From Glaucostegus cemiculus (Eukaryota): DNA of 64,000 nucleotides. The stretch is from assembly GCA_976551045.1 (NCBI GenBank), contig CDPCPM010000241.1, positions 620,001-684,000 of the forward strand, given 5' to 3'. Of the stretch, positions 23,891-38,315 are shown in pieces. The number at the start of each line of letters is the position of its first letter. Position 1 is the stretch's first letter. Both the position numbers and the translations under genes were made by a program. The notes beneath the pieces are model-generated. The model saw only the letters and a list, made by a program, of their open reading frames with translations, was not told the DNA's origin and did not search any database.

Positions 23891-26800
23891 ATCTTTATCA
23901 ATGGGCTGATGGTATACAACTTCATGGTTTTCCTGCAGCATCAGCAATGTTATGAAGTTTGACAACTATACCAAAACAAAACAATTTACTTCAGTACCAA
24001 ATTTCAAAATATGGACTGGAGCCAGGGCATCTGCTCAATGTACCACAGACTGTTTACTCTACAAATTACTCAGGACTTACAGACTTCATTTTAGTACAAA
24101 TTAATTTATATACAGTGAAAGTGTTAAAAAACGTGCATTTTTTGCATGAGAAAATACATGTTTATTGCAGTGTTGGACTTCAGTGAAGCTCAGAGAATAT
24201 CCCACTGTCCTCTGCTTCTGCCTGAAAGACAGTGGACATTTGTGTATTTTTCTTTCCAATTCACTAAATACTGCACTCTAAGTATTTCATTGTTGTGGTG
24301 TGTTACTCAGCCTGTAGAATAGTTTGAGCCTGTGTCTACTATCTTCCACATTCTAAAACAGAAGAAGGATGTGCTTGGGCATCCCAAGGTTGCTGCCAGT
24401 TGATACACATTTAAGGTGTAGCTGTTCATTCCACTGATTGTGGGAAAAAGGAAAATGGAGAACATCTCCTGGTGGAAACTACCATTGTACTGTGGGCATT
24501 GCACAAAGGTTAGTGAAGATGCCCAGAGTGTGTCAGTTTCTTCCTGTCTTGACAGAACTTGAAAGTACCAGTCACAAAACAAAGTCAATGCTTTATTAAT
24601 AATGGAAAGACTACTGTAGAAAGCTAGCACAAAGGAGTCTCTTGGAAGACTTAAATGAATTCTTGTTGTTGCTGTGGATATCAGGCTGGAAACAGCCAAA
24701 GGCAGCCTACTCCTTATATCGCTTGACAATTATTAATGTAATCCAAAGCACATTTCCAGATGTTACAGGCAGGCCAGTAGAGAAATCGGCCATAAATGTA
24801 TTCACAAAAAATATATAAATGTAAATCCACTGTTGGGAGTTGCTGACAGTTTAGGTGAGGAAAATCTGACTTCCTTCTCATAAATGCATCCACAGATCTT
24901 CTGGACACGACAGTTAATTGAGAGGGACTTTGGGCAAATAGAATGAAGTAATCCATGGTCTGAAAAATAGAGGGTTCCGTATAAGGGGAAAAAGCTTGGA
25001 TGGATAGAAGTAAAAGTGGAGAAGAGCCACTGACTTGGCCATAAGTCAGTCAGCCTGAGTGATGTGCGTGGATGTGCTGAAGGTTTGAAGACCCTCCTGG
25101 CCTTTCCCAGCAGAATGTTGGTGTGTGCTTTGGAGTATTCTCTAACCTGAACAACATGGGGTAAGGTTTTATTAAGAAACCGTTGGCTGTGGCACAGGTC
25201 TGTACAGAAACCGAACAATTCACCTTTTTTGTTCAGTATAACAAATGGGTTGAAACATTGACCTTCTTGGCTTTTAAATTGAGGGAATATTCTTAAACAT
25301 GGAAACTGCTTAAATTTTACCAAATGGAATAACTAGTATAGTGAGTGGACTGATACTGAGCAAACTGAAGAAACAGGGAAGAAAAGAATTTCAGGTTTCT
25401 CTCTCCATTTTCTCACAGTATTGCAGCTCAAAAGGATTTCTGCCATTTACCACAAGTGATTAGTTTTTTGTGAGTTTTACTGCTGATCATAAATCTACGG
25501 TTATATAAAACATACCTTCACACACAGCTGGTCAACAGTAGCAGCTATAACACTTTCAGGTCAGAGCTCACGTGACTACTCATTTCCTAAAGGGTCCAAT
25601 ATGAGTGTCCCTAACAATGTTTGCACTGCATATGTCGGCCTGGAATTTGGAGTTAACTGAGGGAAACTCTACATTTGGGAACCAGATCAATTTTGATAGC
25701 ATGTGGGCGACGTTGTTCTTTATTCTTTCCAGGGATTCTCCAATGGAAAACTAGACATCGCCAAATCAGAAATCCGAATTTGGTAAAATAACAGGGGTAA
25801 GTGACCAAATGTGAGGAAATATTTGCAGATTTCATCCAAAATAGAGTAGTTTGGTGAAATAATTATTTTGATCATCCCTAACTATAAAACGAGGATTTTG
25901 ATTCATCTCTGCACCGTATATATTTCTCAAAAAGGGATGGAGACGAATAGCAAGAGGTATGCATAATAGTTGAATGGATAACTAATGTCTAAAGCCAAAA
26001 ACACCCTCAGTGAACAAAAGTAAATGCAGGTCTTCAAATCAAAGTGAAAGGTCACACATCTTGCTGAGTTTCAACAAGAACAGGAGGAACTAAATAGCAA
26101 TGGTAATAATGGAGACATAAAGAAGTTGCTGCACTGTAAGAAGAAATGAATGAGTTAGAGCACTGATGTTTGACGGGATTTTTTATTTTGATCTGTAATA
26201 TGTGAATAAACATGTTATTCTGAGCAGCAATAGGACTACAATTGCCTGCTGTTTCCAACAGAACATAGAGAGAATGAATAACTTGCCAAGTGTCTCATTT
26301 CCTCTTTCAGAGAAATGAAAAAGGAAATCTCATTGGAACACTCATTAATCATAATGCAATCAATAAAATAGGAGAGAAAGGGAGATTTTGCTATACAAAA
26401 GGAAGGAACTAATTATAATGCTGGAAGGGAACCAGTATGCAAAACAAAGATTTTATTTATTTTGCTGCCTATCTGCCCACATTGTCTTCAGTGTAGTCAC
26501 TCACTCCAGCATGAGCCCACCCCTTTAAATGAGACAGGAGGTTCATGTCAACTGTCATATTGCTGGCTATAACATGCATGTTACATTGGTTGCTCAAAGT
26601 CATAACATCCTAATAACATGAAAGTAAACTCACGGTTGGGTGAACTACTAAAGGTTTCAGAAAAAATATCTAAACAACTCAGTGTTCTTTGCCTCATTTG
26701 TAATGCTTTAGTTTCCACATATCTGTGAAGGAATGTGTTCGGTACTCAGCCAAGGGAAAAAATAGAAACAATTGACAAGTGAATTATCAGAATGTTCAGA

Positions 26801-27429
26801 TGTACACCATGTGCTTCTTGTTTCAAACAATGCTCAGTGCTCACAAGAACAAATGGAATATCATTCCAGTCGAATTAAGGTACATTATGGGCATTCCTTT
26901 ACAAAGAGAAAAGCTTTGAAACTATATTTTGCCCAATTTATATAACTTGTGAGTTATGAGACTCTAACTCTGTTACACATGCTACAGATAATTTGGTCAA
27001 ATTGTTGCCTGATTTGTTAATCCCTTGCTTTAATATAGGTGAAATAAAACAATTTCTTTAATTTTCCTTTCTTAAAACATCCTCCAGAAAAATGAACAAT
27101 TTAGTGAATTTTATTTATCAAATAAATATTAAAGAGATAGGATTTGCTTTTTAATATAAGCACAGAATTCAATGTTTTTAAAGTTGGGGAACAAGTTCTA
27201 CTAACAATAATTAGAAAAAATATGTTTTTGATCATTAAGTTAAAAAAATGGAAAAGAGACACTTCCCAATTCAACAACTGAAGGGTAAGCATCAAGGTTT
27301 CACAGGTTAAGTGTGGTATGGTTATGTAAAACAAAGCTTCCTGAGCTGTTTAATTTTTCTTAATCTGTCTCATTGAGATCATTAGCCTAAATTGAATATT
27401 ACACATTTTGGGTTTAATGTTCCTGCAGT

Positions 27430-27725
27430 TGCAGACAAGGCTCAAGGACAGCTTCTATCCCACTGTTATAAGGCTAGTGAACAGTCTCCTAGTACGATAA
27501 TTTGGACTCTTGACCCCACAATCTACCTTGTTATGGCCTTGCACCTTCTTGCCTCCTACACAGCACTTTCTCTGTAACTGTAACACTTTGTTCTGCATTC
27601 TGTTATTGTTTTCTCTTGTACGACCTCAATGCACTGATGTGACGAAATGATCTGTATGGATGGCATGCAAAACAAAGTTTCTCACTGTACCTCAGTACAT
27701 GTGACAATAATAAACCAATTTACAA
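27430..27725 (+). mobile_element. Rex1/Babar LINE 3' end
   Basis: ggctcaaggacagcttctatcccactgttataag (RLKDSFYPTVI); ends gtacatgtgacaataataaacc. Confidence 0.85.
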
Positions 27726-29659
27726 ATTATCAATTTAGTTCATCAAATCTGAGCTAAGCTGAAAAAAATGATGTTTTTTGTTTGTTTTATTTAATTCTTT
27801 ATATGTCCTTATATTCATGAAACTTTACACAAGTGCCTAGATTTGGTTTTTTTTCAGACTAAGGATATATCAATAGTGTGGATAGTCCATCACTGACCAT
27901 CACTCCAGATTTCTTTTGTTTTTAAACATGGAGAATTGAAAGATGATGGCAATGAGCGATGGATCTCTTCTCATTTGAGGCACATACAGCTCAGTTTTGG
28001 CAGTGCCTGACTAGTATCGATGGGGAAGTGGGGTGTGAATTTGAATAAAATCATGACTGGATAACTTCTGCAAGAAGTGGCAGCAAGAAGCTTTGGTAAT
28101 GTAATAGAATTAGGACATTTTTGTTTTCTTGTGGGCTGAGGTGAATAAATTCTTCTTGGATCCAACAAGGAACACTTGAGCTGCTCCTCAACCATGAGTT
28201 ATATCCTACCTTTGACCATTCAACTTGCTTGATTGCTGCAACATGGCTTCCCATTGGAATAGGGTCTATCTCTCGTATCTTTTGTGTTCGTCTCCTACCA
28301 TGCAAACCCCTACTGGTGTGTTGAGGCAGGAGCTCTATGGTACATAGTACTGAGAGCTTTGAGTTATACTGGCATAGGCTGGATGTTTCTGTTATTGAGA
28401 ACATTTCTTACCTGCCTGAGCCTTGCAGGATGCTCTCAAATTAAAATGTCTGCATCAATCATTCCCAAAGATCAGTCATTGTAGGCTCTTTGAATGGGAT
28501 TGAAAATAGTGGCAAAATATAGATTGCTTAGTGTTGTAGGTCCATGTCTTGGACTGAGACTACCCCAGAAGGATCCTTACAGCATTACAGCCTTGGATAA
28601 AAATTCAGGTCCCCAAGGTGGAGGGGAAGATATTTCGCCCACTGCACCACACAGTTCTCCTTTGTAAGGGTAAAGATCAAAAGCCACTGTCAATGAATGT
28701 CTAAAATCCAGCAACTTCATTATAAGCCATCTGATGTTTAACATCCAGCTTCACTTATAACTGCTGAGGAATTAGATACTGTAGCCACATTTACTTCTGT
28801 TTGGTTTTCCCATCAGTAGAGCATCAAGTTTGGTAATTCCCTGTGCAATGCTCCCTTTCTCCCTAGGATAATTACTACTGGGCCCTTCTGAGAAAACTAG
28901 GTCTTCACCTCACAGCGCAAGACAGGAACCCCAAGAAGTTCCACATTTACCTTTCATGCTTTGAGGCCGTAGGCTTGTGACTGAAATGATCATTGATGTG
29001 CCATTGCAATAATCAAATTTCACAGCCATTAGGGGGCATTAGAATTACTAGGCCATTATTTTCAGAAATGGTTTCGATTTTCAAACATGAAGAGTTAAAC
29101 AAGTAGAGCTGTCTTAATCCTTCTCTATAAACAGAACCATATTTACAGTTGTTTTAAGCCTTAGTTCTTTGTCTTTCTCTTGCAAAAACATGAATTGGCT
29201 ATTCTTCTAGTTCCCTTAATGCTTGCCAGAAATGTCAACAAATGCTGATTACAATTTCTACACACTGGCTGGAGAGAAAAAAGAAAACTTATGGCCTGAC
29301 TCAACTAGTTAATAACCACAAGATTGATAATTTGGTGGATGGTAGAGAAGCGGTGATGCATAGAATAGGGGTTTGAGATAGGGTTAGGGGAGTTGGCTGG
29401 CCATTGAAAGAGTCACAAATTCCAAACTTTATGTTAGTGTAACAGTGTATTGCCAACAGCTCTGCATTTGTCTCAGCAATTGTGAATGCTGCAAGTAGGT
29501 AGCCACCACTGTAAAATTCTACGCACCCCTACCCACGCTTTCCTGTATGTGGTCACTTTCTTACCACTAACATACTGTGCTCCATTCTGACCTGCTATTC
29601 TGTCTCCAGTCAAGAGTAAAAATGCAGCACCATTTACAATGTTTAAATTGAGAAATCTG

Positions 29660-29900
29660 AATATGTGGGCTGTGTTATGACTGCTTTATCAGTTGAAGGG
29701 GCTGTAGAGGTACTATGGCTAGACTTACTGCCCTGGATTGGTTACAGATAGAAATAATGAATCCCTCTTCCATTTCTTATTCAGTGACATTGCCTGAAAG
29801 TTAAGTGCGTATAGCCATTGTCTGATGAAAAGATCAGGTTTGGCTGAGTTGTCCCTCAATGGTTAAGTAATCTGCAAAAATTAAAACTTAAGGCTAATGC
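29660..29900 (+). mobile_element. Very old AmnSINE2-like SINE remnant
   Basis: attcagtgacattgcctgaaag...gatcaggtttggctgagttgtccc...atggttaagtaatctgc parallels the recalled AmnSINE2 body. Confidence 0.4.
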
Positions 29901-30709
29901 AATTAGGTAAGGTGTTGGCAGCTAGTCACAACTATTAAGCTATGTCTTTATATGATCAGTACTTTCAGAAGAAGGGAGGAAATGGAAAAGGAGTAATAAA
30001 GTTGTTCAAATTCACCACTGGCAAAGGTGATAATCTGCTAAAAAGGAAACTCAACCAAACATTTTGATGATGATGTGTTTTGATCACAATACCAAGTTCA
30101 CAAGGCTGTGATTCTTTAACATATTGATCATGCAAGTCAAAGACATGACTATTTATTCCCACCAAGGAAACTTTCTTATGAAGTTCTTTCTTGGTCTTCT
30201 GGTAAGCTGACACATTGAATTGCATCTAAAATTGAGCTGTCCTATTGAGAGCTCTGCAATAATCACTGGCCATTAGTGAAAGATATATATTCAGTAGAAG
30301 CTCCAAAAAGCTGCTTAGCTTGTGGCCAAAAAAGCATAAAAATGCCACATGAAAATTAATTCCTAGGCAGGTGGGGTACTCTTCCAGCTCTGGAGTCACA
30401 GCCAGGATATTCTGCTCTCAGGCATCCAATGAAACATCAGTTTAATTTTACTTCCACTTATTTTCATCACAGCACAGTTTCTGGGAACTGGTAGCAGAAG
30501 TATCCAACAGCTCAGTATTGCATTAAATATCATCTGGGACTGGCTTTGTATAATGTGCCAATTCCTTTTCTTTTTAGTGTGTAAAAAGCCAGAAGCAAAT
30601 TAGAGTCATATGAAAAGATGAGCTCAGAATATGATATTTTTAAGCCAAGTGCACTTAAGCACAACCTCTTTTTTCATTTATTCTTCTGTTTCCTGCATGA
30701 AAAAAAGCA

Positions 30710-32530
30710 GCGGAATATAAGAATAGGAGTAAATGATTTAGCCTCTTAAGAGTCTGACATTCACTCAGACCATGGCAGAATTTTGACAAAACAACTCATA
30801 TGCATCTTTGGCCTTTAATCCTTTGATTAATTAAAATCTATCAATCTCCAATTTCACATATACTATCTAACTTGTATTAAATGCCATTTGCAGAAGAGAG
30901 TTCCAAACTTCTATGATCCTTATAAACTACTGGTGTTAACTTATTCAGAAACACAGACAAAATTGGCGAACACAGCATTAACACTATTTTCATCCTTGCA
31001 ACAGTTGTGTTCCGACCATCACACAGACCAATTTTTGGGTTGCAGACTTCCAACCCAAGACATGTATCCTTAGACACTTCAATGGAAATAGTTAATTTCC
31101 TATCTCCAAAAAATGTCTCTCAACATTTTTGATTACTTTGAACAATCACCCCTAGCCTTAAAATTCCTGATAATATCACTGTTAATTTGTATAACTTCAT
31201 TACCAGAGCCCAATTATAACACTGGTAAATCCATCTTTCACTTCCTCCAGGATGAATGTTGTTGGTCAGAACTTGGCACAGTGCTCCACATATAGTTTAA
31301 TTAGGACTTTATATCACTGTGATATAACCTACCCCCTTTTAAAAGGTTTGCATTCCTTTAGCCTTTTGATATTTTCTGAATTTTTCTGTTGCATTTTAAT
31401 GATCTTTGTGCCTGAAACCTTATGCCTTGCCAGGCCTCCACACCTTCAGGTCCAAAGAGGAAGACCTTGTATTTGCTTACTTTGAAATTATTTTCCCACA
31501 GTTATTTCCATTTGCTTCATGTATTAGGTTTCTTTTTAATTTAATGCTTCCATCTACATTGTTTACAATGTTGCCATCTTAACTTCTTTGCAAAACTTTG
31601 ATATATGACCCTTTATTCTAATGTTTTACTCACTTACTGATATGTGAATAGTTGCAGCCCGAGACAAGATGCCTGAGAGACTCTGGCAGTCACTTAGTGT
31701 TAATTGCCACACAGTTCCACTGAACTAAATTTGATTCTGATTTTACATGCTGTCTGTGTGGAGTTTGAATGTTGTCTTTGTGACCTCATAGGTTTCCCCA
31801 GGTGCTCTGGTTTCCTCCCACATCCCAAAGACAGGCAGATAGGTTAATTGGCTATTATAATTTTCCCCATATAGGTGGGTAACAGGAAAATTAGGGCAGA
31901 GTTGATAGACGTGCCTGAGAGAACGGGTTGCAGTGAAATACATGGGGAGTGCTCCGAGAGCCAACAAAGACTAGACGGCTTTAGCAGTTATAAGAAAATA
32001 TAACAAATATGAAACTCCTGCATCTTTATCCTTACTCACTGTCTCCTCCTGCTCAGGCAGTTTCCTCGACAGGTCAAAAAATTGCCTTCAATCCAAATAC
32101 TTATGCTCAAGGTGACAGTATATTGTGAAGAACTTCATCAAATGTCTTCTTGAAATCCATCTGAGAAACCATGGACACTCTCAAGTTAACCACTTCAGTT
32201 ACCTTTCAAAACATTCAGTTAGACTCAGTCTAACCTGAACGAACCTATGCTGCTCCTCTTTAATAGGCTGACAAATTTTAGAGCATTCAGTCACTCCATT
32301 CTTCATTGTAGGAGCAGTTGATCACAGATATTAGGCTAACTGCTCCATTACTTTCTTCTCTCCCTCTCTCAACTTTCTTGCAGAGTAATGTAACACACAT
32401 AATTTCAGTGTAAAGGAATGGTTCCTAAATCAAAAGTTCTTGGGAAGGCAACACCGAGGGCATATACAATATCCTCATTTAGTTCCTTTAAACTCCTGGA
32501 GTAGAAAGTTCTTGGCCCTGGGAGATTGTG
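30710..32530 (-). mobile_element. Highly decayed CR1 with a nested partial V-SINE (about 31740-31995, +)
   Basis: CR1 tail gaatataagaataggag and patchy reverse-complement ORF2 similarity. V-core gtttccccaggtgctctggtttcctcccacatcc. Confidence 0.6.
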
Positions 32531-32533
32531 ACT

Positions 32534-32698
32534 NNNNNNNNNNNNNNNNNNNNNNNNNNNNNNNNNNNNNNNNNNNNNNNNNNNNNNNNNNNNNNNNNNN
32601 NNNNNNNNNNNNNNNNNNNNNNNNNNNNNNNNNNNNNNNNNNNNNNNNNNNNNNNNNNNNNNNNNNNNNNNNNNNNNNNNNNNNNNNNNNNNNNNNNN
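32534..32698. other. Assembly gap (165 N)
   Basis: Run of n characters. Confidence 1.
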
Positions 32699-34900
32699 TT
32701 GGGATGTGAGCATCCTTGGCAAGTCCACAATTTATTAACCATGCCCAATTGCCCTTGAGAAAGTGGCAGTGAGCTGCAGTCCTTGCAGTTAAGGTATTTC
32801 CACAGTGCATTTGGACAAGTAGTGCCAAGGTTTAGACCCAGTGATAATGAAAGACTGGCACACTTCCAGCTTGGAAAGAAACTTCATGGCACTTCCATGC
32901 ACCTGCTGGGTAAGCTGTCCTTCTTGGTGAGTGGCCATAGGTTTAGGAGTTATTGTCAAAGTAGCTCAGCTGAGGAACAACAGTACATTTTGTGACTGGC
33001 ACACAACACAGTCACTGTACCCCGGTAGTGGTCGGAATGAATACATACGGTGATTAATAGTATTCCATTCAAGTAGCTGCTTTGTTTTGGATGGTGGTGA
33101 GCATCTTGGAGCTGCAGTCATTCAGGCAAGAGGAGAGTATTCCATCACTCCCCTGACTTGTGCCTTGTGGATGATGGAAATTGTTTGGGATACCTGGATG
33201 GGTGTTACACAGTGTAGAATACACAGCCTCTGAACTGACCTTGTTGCCATGGTATTTATGTGGCAGGTCCAGTTGAGTTTCAAGTCAGTGGTGAACCCCA
33301 GGACATGGATGGTGGAAACATGGTGATATTAATGCCATTAAATATTAAAAACAGCTGGTTTGACTCTCTCATGTTGGAGATGATTGTTACCTGGTATTCT
33401 GTGGCCTGAATGTTATCTAAGTTCTGTTGCATCTTGGTTTCTGAGAAGATGTTTGGTCCAAGAACACTGCCCTCCCTGAGGAGCTCCCGCAGTGATGAAG
33501 TTGGACAGGAATGATTGAGCTCTGACAACAGCAGCTATCTTCATTTTGCAATATATGCCTCCAATCATTGGAATGTTTTCCTCTCGATTTCCCCTTTTAC
33601 CAGAGCTCCTTGATGCTGCACTTGGTCAAATGCAGCCTTGATGCCAAGGACAGTCACTCTCATCTCATCTACAGTCTATGAATGGACCAAGGCTGTGATG
33701 ACATCTAAAGCTGAGTATTCCTGGCAAAACCTGAATTCGGCATCAGTGAACAACTTAATGATGAGTGAGTGCATCTTTGTGGCACTGCCAATGACACTGT
33801 CCATCACTTTGTTGGTGACTGTGAGAATAGAATGATTGTGTGGTAATTTGCCAAATTGGATTTGTTCTGCTTTTTGTACATAGGACATAATTGGGAAATC
33901 TTTCACATCGCCATATAGATGCCAGTGTTGTAATTGTATCGGAACAGTTTGGCCTGTGGTAAGTGAGTTTTGGAGCATCAATCTTCAGAACTTCTGTATT
34001 CAGCTCTCTCTCTGTTGTTTCTTAATATCATTTGAACTGAAATGAATTGACTGAAGACTGGCTTCTGTGATGCTGGGGATCCCTTTTCTTTAGCAATTAC
34101 ACCACCTTTAAGGCTAGGGATTTTCTTGGAGCTTCCTACTCTTCTTAGTAGTTTAATTGTCCACCACCAAATGCAATTAGATGTGAGAAGACTGCAAAAC
34201 TTTGATCTGATCTGTCAGCTGTGGGACCATTTAGCTTTGTCTGCTAGATGCTTTTTAAGCTGATTAGCACAAAAGTAGTCTCGTGATTTATCTTTGCCGG
34301 ATTGGCACCTCTGTCATGATTCTGAGTACTGGCCCTTGATTTGGTTCCTTGGATGCCTCGTTGTACAGCACATGGATTCCATGCTGGACTGATTGCATAA
34401 TGACGCACATCTGAGCCCCATCAGGGGCATAACATAAGTACCTGGGTTTCTCTAGCACTAGTTGCCAGAGGATTGGTCAGTCTTGAGGATTCAGTTTGGT
34501 TCCTAGCTGCTTAGGGTGGTCTCCTCCAGAGCAGTCCTGTGTTCTCTATTCCTGCTTGAAGATTCAGTTTGTGTTGGGATTACTACTCAGATCTCCAAGG
34601 CAAGATTTTCTTCCTGTGTCCGGTCCTGAGGAAGTATCCTGACTCCAGTCTTGCACCAGTGTGCCACATTTGGGTTCTCTGTGATCTTGCTCTTCAATCA
34701 ACATTGTGACAACCTCATTTTTAATTCTGCCTGGTGCTGCTGCTTGAATGTCCTCTACACCTCTTGTTGAACTGGGATTGATCCCATGGCTTGACTGCAA
34801 TAGGAGAATGAGTGATAGGTTAGACTGAGGTTACAGATTATGGTGGTGTACAGATCTGTTTCAAGGTGATCCCATTTAGCACAATTGTTGTGCCACATAA
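32699..34900 (-). mobile_element. Old CR1-superfamily LINE (tail type gggcaataaatgctggcc...cccacatccc)
   Basis: Reverse tail gggatgtgagc...attgcccttgagaaag; minus frames EGSVLGP, MQQNLDNIQ and FRFCQEYSALDVITALV. Split by a solo LTR. Confidence 0.75.
34312..34711. mobile_element. Solo LTR, 400 bp
   Basis: TGTCAtgat...attgTGACA termini with perfect 5-bp TSD ACCTC (34307-34311 and 34712-34716). Confidence 0.88.
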
Positions 34901-35057
34901 TGCCACAGTAATGTTCTAATGAAGAGTCCTTGAAGCAAAAACTTTGACTCTGTTTCTGCTGGCTAAATCCTGATTGCTAACTCAATATCTGTTTCCTCAG
35001 AGTGTCTCCCATGGCTAGCATTTTCATGCATCATATACACTGATGAAAAAAATTATT

Positions 35058-35106
35058 CAATATTTTCAGATAAACTTCCAATATTTTCAGATAAACTTCC
35101 AATATT
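35058..35106 (+). repeat. 21-bp tandem duplication
   Basis: caatattttcagataaacttc x2.3. Confidence 0.9.
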
Positions 35107-37639
35107 ATCAGTTTTCAAGAAGCCCATGTTACTTCTGTCCACCCTGTTCTCTCAAATATTAGTAAAATATTTGTGTGCTGATTTTGATTTCCCATGATTC
35201 TTGTAAGATTTCCTTTTGTTAGCTTACTTTGTTTTCAGATTTTATTGCTCTTTTTATCTCTCCTAACTATGAGGATTTGTGATAGTTCTTATATGTTTGT
35301 ATGCCTTTTCTACTTTAATGTCTTCTCTTGCTGTTTTCATTGGCAAGTAGAGCACTTGGCATACAGGGGTATAAATTTGTCTGATCTATGCTAAATTCCC
35401 TGAGGACACCTCCTGTTGGTCTACTGTTGCTTTATATCCTAACAGGTTTTCCTAGTTTACTGTGGACAATTTTGTTCTTATACTGAGGCAGTTAGTCGTA
35501 CCTCAATCTAGAAGCTCAGTAGCTATTTTCTGCTTTTCTCTTGTCCATATTATGATCATAATTGAATAAATGCTCATTCACCATTGCATTGTTAAATAAT
35601 TCTACTCATAAATCATTACTAACTCTGACATGTCCTACACCCTCTTTTGTTCTGAGCCATATTATTGCAGACTATCCATCATACACAAAATATTCATTAT
35701 CTTTCTGATATGAACAAGCCTGCACATTCCAAAATAAATATAATCTAAAATCTCCCCTTAAAACCATTCTGCTTTTACTACATTTATCTATTTTTGAATC
35801 TATGCGTTCCACTAATTCACACCTGTTCTCAGCATAACTCCCAAGGTAGCCTTAAAATCCTATTCTATATTTTAACATGCTGTTAAAGTTTCTATTGCCT
35901 AGTTTCCTCTTCTTATTCCCCCTCTTGTCAATGGGTGAATTCATACTTAATTCCAAAGGTGACTGCTCCATCTTTCCATTTTCCATATCTGTCCTGTATA
36001 TCTTATAAAGGGGCACATTTAATTTGCAGTCATAATCATTGTGTGGCCATGTCTCAGCACTGGCTTCTATGCTTTTCCCTCCAAGTTGAATTAGTACCAC
36101 ATTTCATTTGATTTGTTCCTATTACTTTGTGCATTTTTATAAGGAGGCTTATTTTGGCCACTAAACCTAATCCATCCTTCTGCTCCAATATTTTACTCAC
36201 ATGTTTCTTATTTCCCTCTCCTGGTTTTAATTAGTTTACAGCTTTTAGATTTCCCTGAACCTGTAGCGCCTGTTGCACAGATATTAACTATTACTTTATT
36301 CCCTTTATTTTTATTTATTATAGAGATTTTTCTTTTGAGCCCTCCTTTACCATTTACTGGTTTGAGGTCCCCATGTTTTCCTATTTATCCTTTCTGTTAG
36401 CACCTTATTCCCAGTCTAATTTATGCCAAAGATACACTTTTTTTTTACTCTCCCAATACTAGTGAGGATCTCCATGAGATGGAACCACTCCATCCCACAT
36501 CACTCTTTCAGCCACATGTTTACTGTAATCTGGTTATCCTTAAGCCACTTTGCTCATGGTTCAAGGAATAAGGATTCTAACCCCTTGAAATCTCTGCTAC
36601 CCATTTGCAACATTCCTCCCACTAATTGGTTTCCTAGTGGAAATTCATCTGAGCTGAGTTGTTAGAGAGAGAAAAAAATAATTGACAAAGGATGTCAGCC
36701 AGATAAGCCACACACCAGAAACCACACAACCAAAGAGGTGTCTCATTTTAGCTTTGATTGATGGTTTGTTTATTTGTACATTGTTCATGGAGATACATTA
36801 ATCCAAAAGGAATTGCACTGTCGGCCCTATGGCACCACTAGGATATAAGACCGCAAACCCATCGAAATGACTGTTCCAATTTTAGCCCTCAGTCTGTTTT
36901 TCAGGAGAATGACTTCTTAAATGTCCTCTCACAGTTCAAAGTAGATGAAGAATAGTTTTGACTAACAAGGTTGTCCCTTTCCTAAACCTGGTAGTCTCCT
37001 CAAGATTGCCCTTTTTATGAATAATGCCAAGAATCACAATGATTATTGGTAAATTCCCTCCTCTGTAAAGTGAGAGCAAGAAAAACTGCAAACGTGCAGA
37101 TTGGTCGATATTTAAAAGAGGACATTAGTAAAAGTGTTAGGTAGGATATTGATTTTTCTCTATTTTACACGCTGATTGCTATGTTATCCTTTGAGAATTT
37201 CTTTCTCCTTCCCCCTGCACCCCCCCCTCCCCATCTCAGATTTTTGGCATTCATTATTTTGTTTTAGTCTCAGGATTTCTGTTACTTGTTTTCTGGGATT
37301 TATGTCTTAAATTTCGCTTATCTGAGATTTTATATTTCAACGTAATTTAGTTTGTTGTTGCCCTAAAATGAACAAAAATCTTAGAATTTATATTTAGTTA
37401 CACTTGGAAAGATATTACTGGGAAGTGCAGCTGAGTTTTTCCAGTGGATGTCTGTGCTTTATTGTGGAAGAAGCTCAGGACCATAATTGGAACAACATTG
37501 GAGAGAAAAAAAAGAACTTTGTTCTGGCAAAGGAAATTTATAAACACTCAGGGCAAAAAGCAGCTGATCCCAGGATTTGTTTACTTGTTCATTGTCTCAT
37601 ACCAAATTACATACTCCATATGAAAATCAAAAAAAAATG

Positions 37640-38315
37640 CAGAAAATCTAAAATTAAAATAAAAAATTGCTGAAAGTACACAGTTGGTCAAGCCACATCT
37701 AAGAGAAGAGAAACAGTGTTTCTCTGTCTGAACTGGGAAGGACACAAAAGAAATCCTTAAGCTGCAGGGCAGGTGGAGGAGAGGGGTATCTGTTAGGGTA
37801 AAATTGGGATGACCATTTAGCTGTAAACAAGCTTGTGTGGTCAAAGGGTGAATGGGTGCCTTTAGAGAGTGAGACCATTAATTATGAGAGTGAGAATGTA
37901 GGAGTTGAGAAATGCGGAGCAGGCAGACATGCCCAGCAGATCAAGCTGGGCATATTCTCCACCTCCAGTCAAAAACAAGAAAAAGGGAAAAAAGACATAT
38001 AGGCTGAGCCGATATCATAGATGACTGACACCAACAGAGGAATCAAGTTCCTTAAGTCCACAGTGTGGTTTCCTCTGCAATGAAGAAACCAAATACAGAT
38101 TGGGGACTGCTTTGTAGAAAACCTGCATTCAGAGCTTTGTGTGCCAACTTTAATTCCCCACCCCACTCCCACTCTGACCTATTGGTCTGTGGCCTCCTGC
38201 CTGTTATAATGAGGCCTAATGCAAGCTTGAGGAACAGCACCTCATCTTCTGTTGGGCATGTTGCAGCGTTCGCGACTCGTACTGAACTCTACAACTTCGG
38301 CTAACTTGACTTCTC
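37640..38315 (+). mobile_element. Penelope-like element remnants (GIY-YIG C-terminus at about 38060-38305; oppositely oriented end fragment at about 37640-37860)
   Basis: ETKYRLGDCFVENL...NFNSPPHSHSDL.V.GLL...KLEEQHLIF is typical of fish Penelope endonucleases. Confidence 0.8.

Noticed and set aside
28051-28404. 117-aa minus ORF with faint RT-thumb-like spacing
   Set aside because: No diagnostic motif; length is compatible with chance.
32405-32828. ORFs spanning the N run
   Set aside because: Artefacts of the assembly gap.
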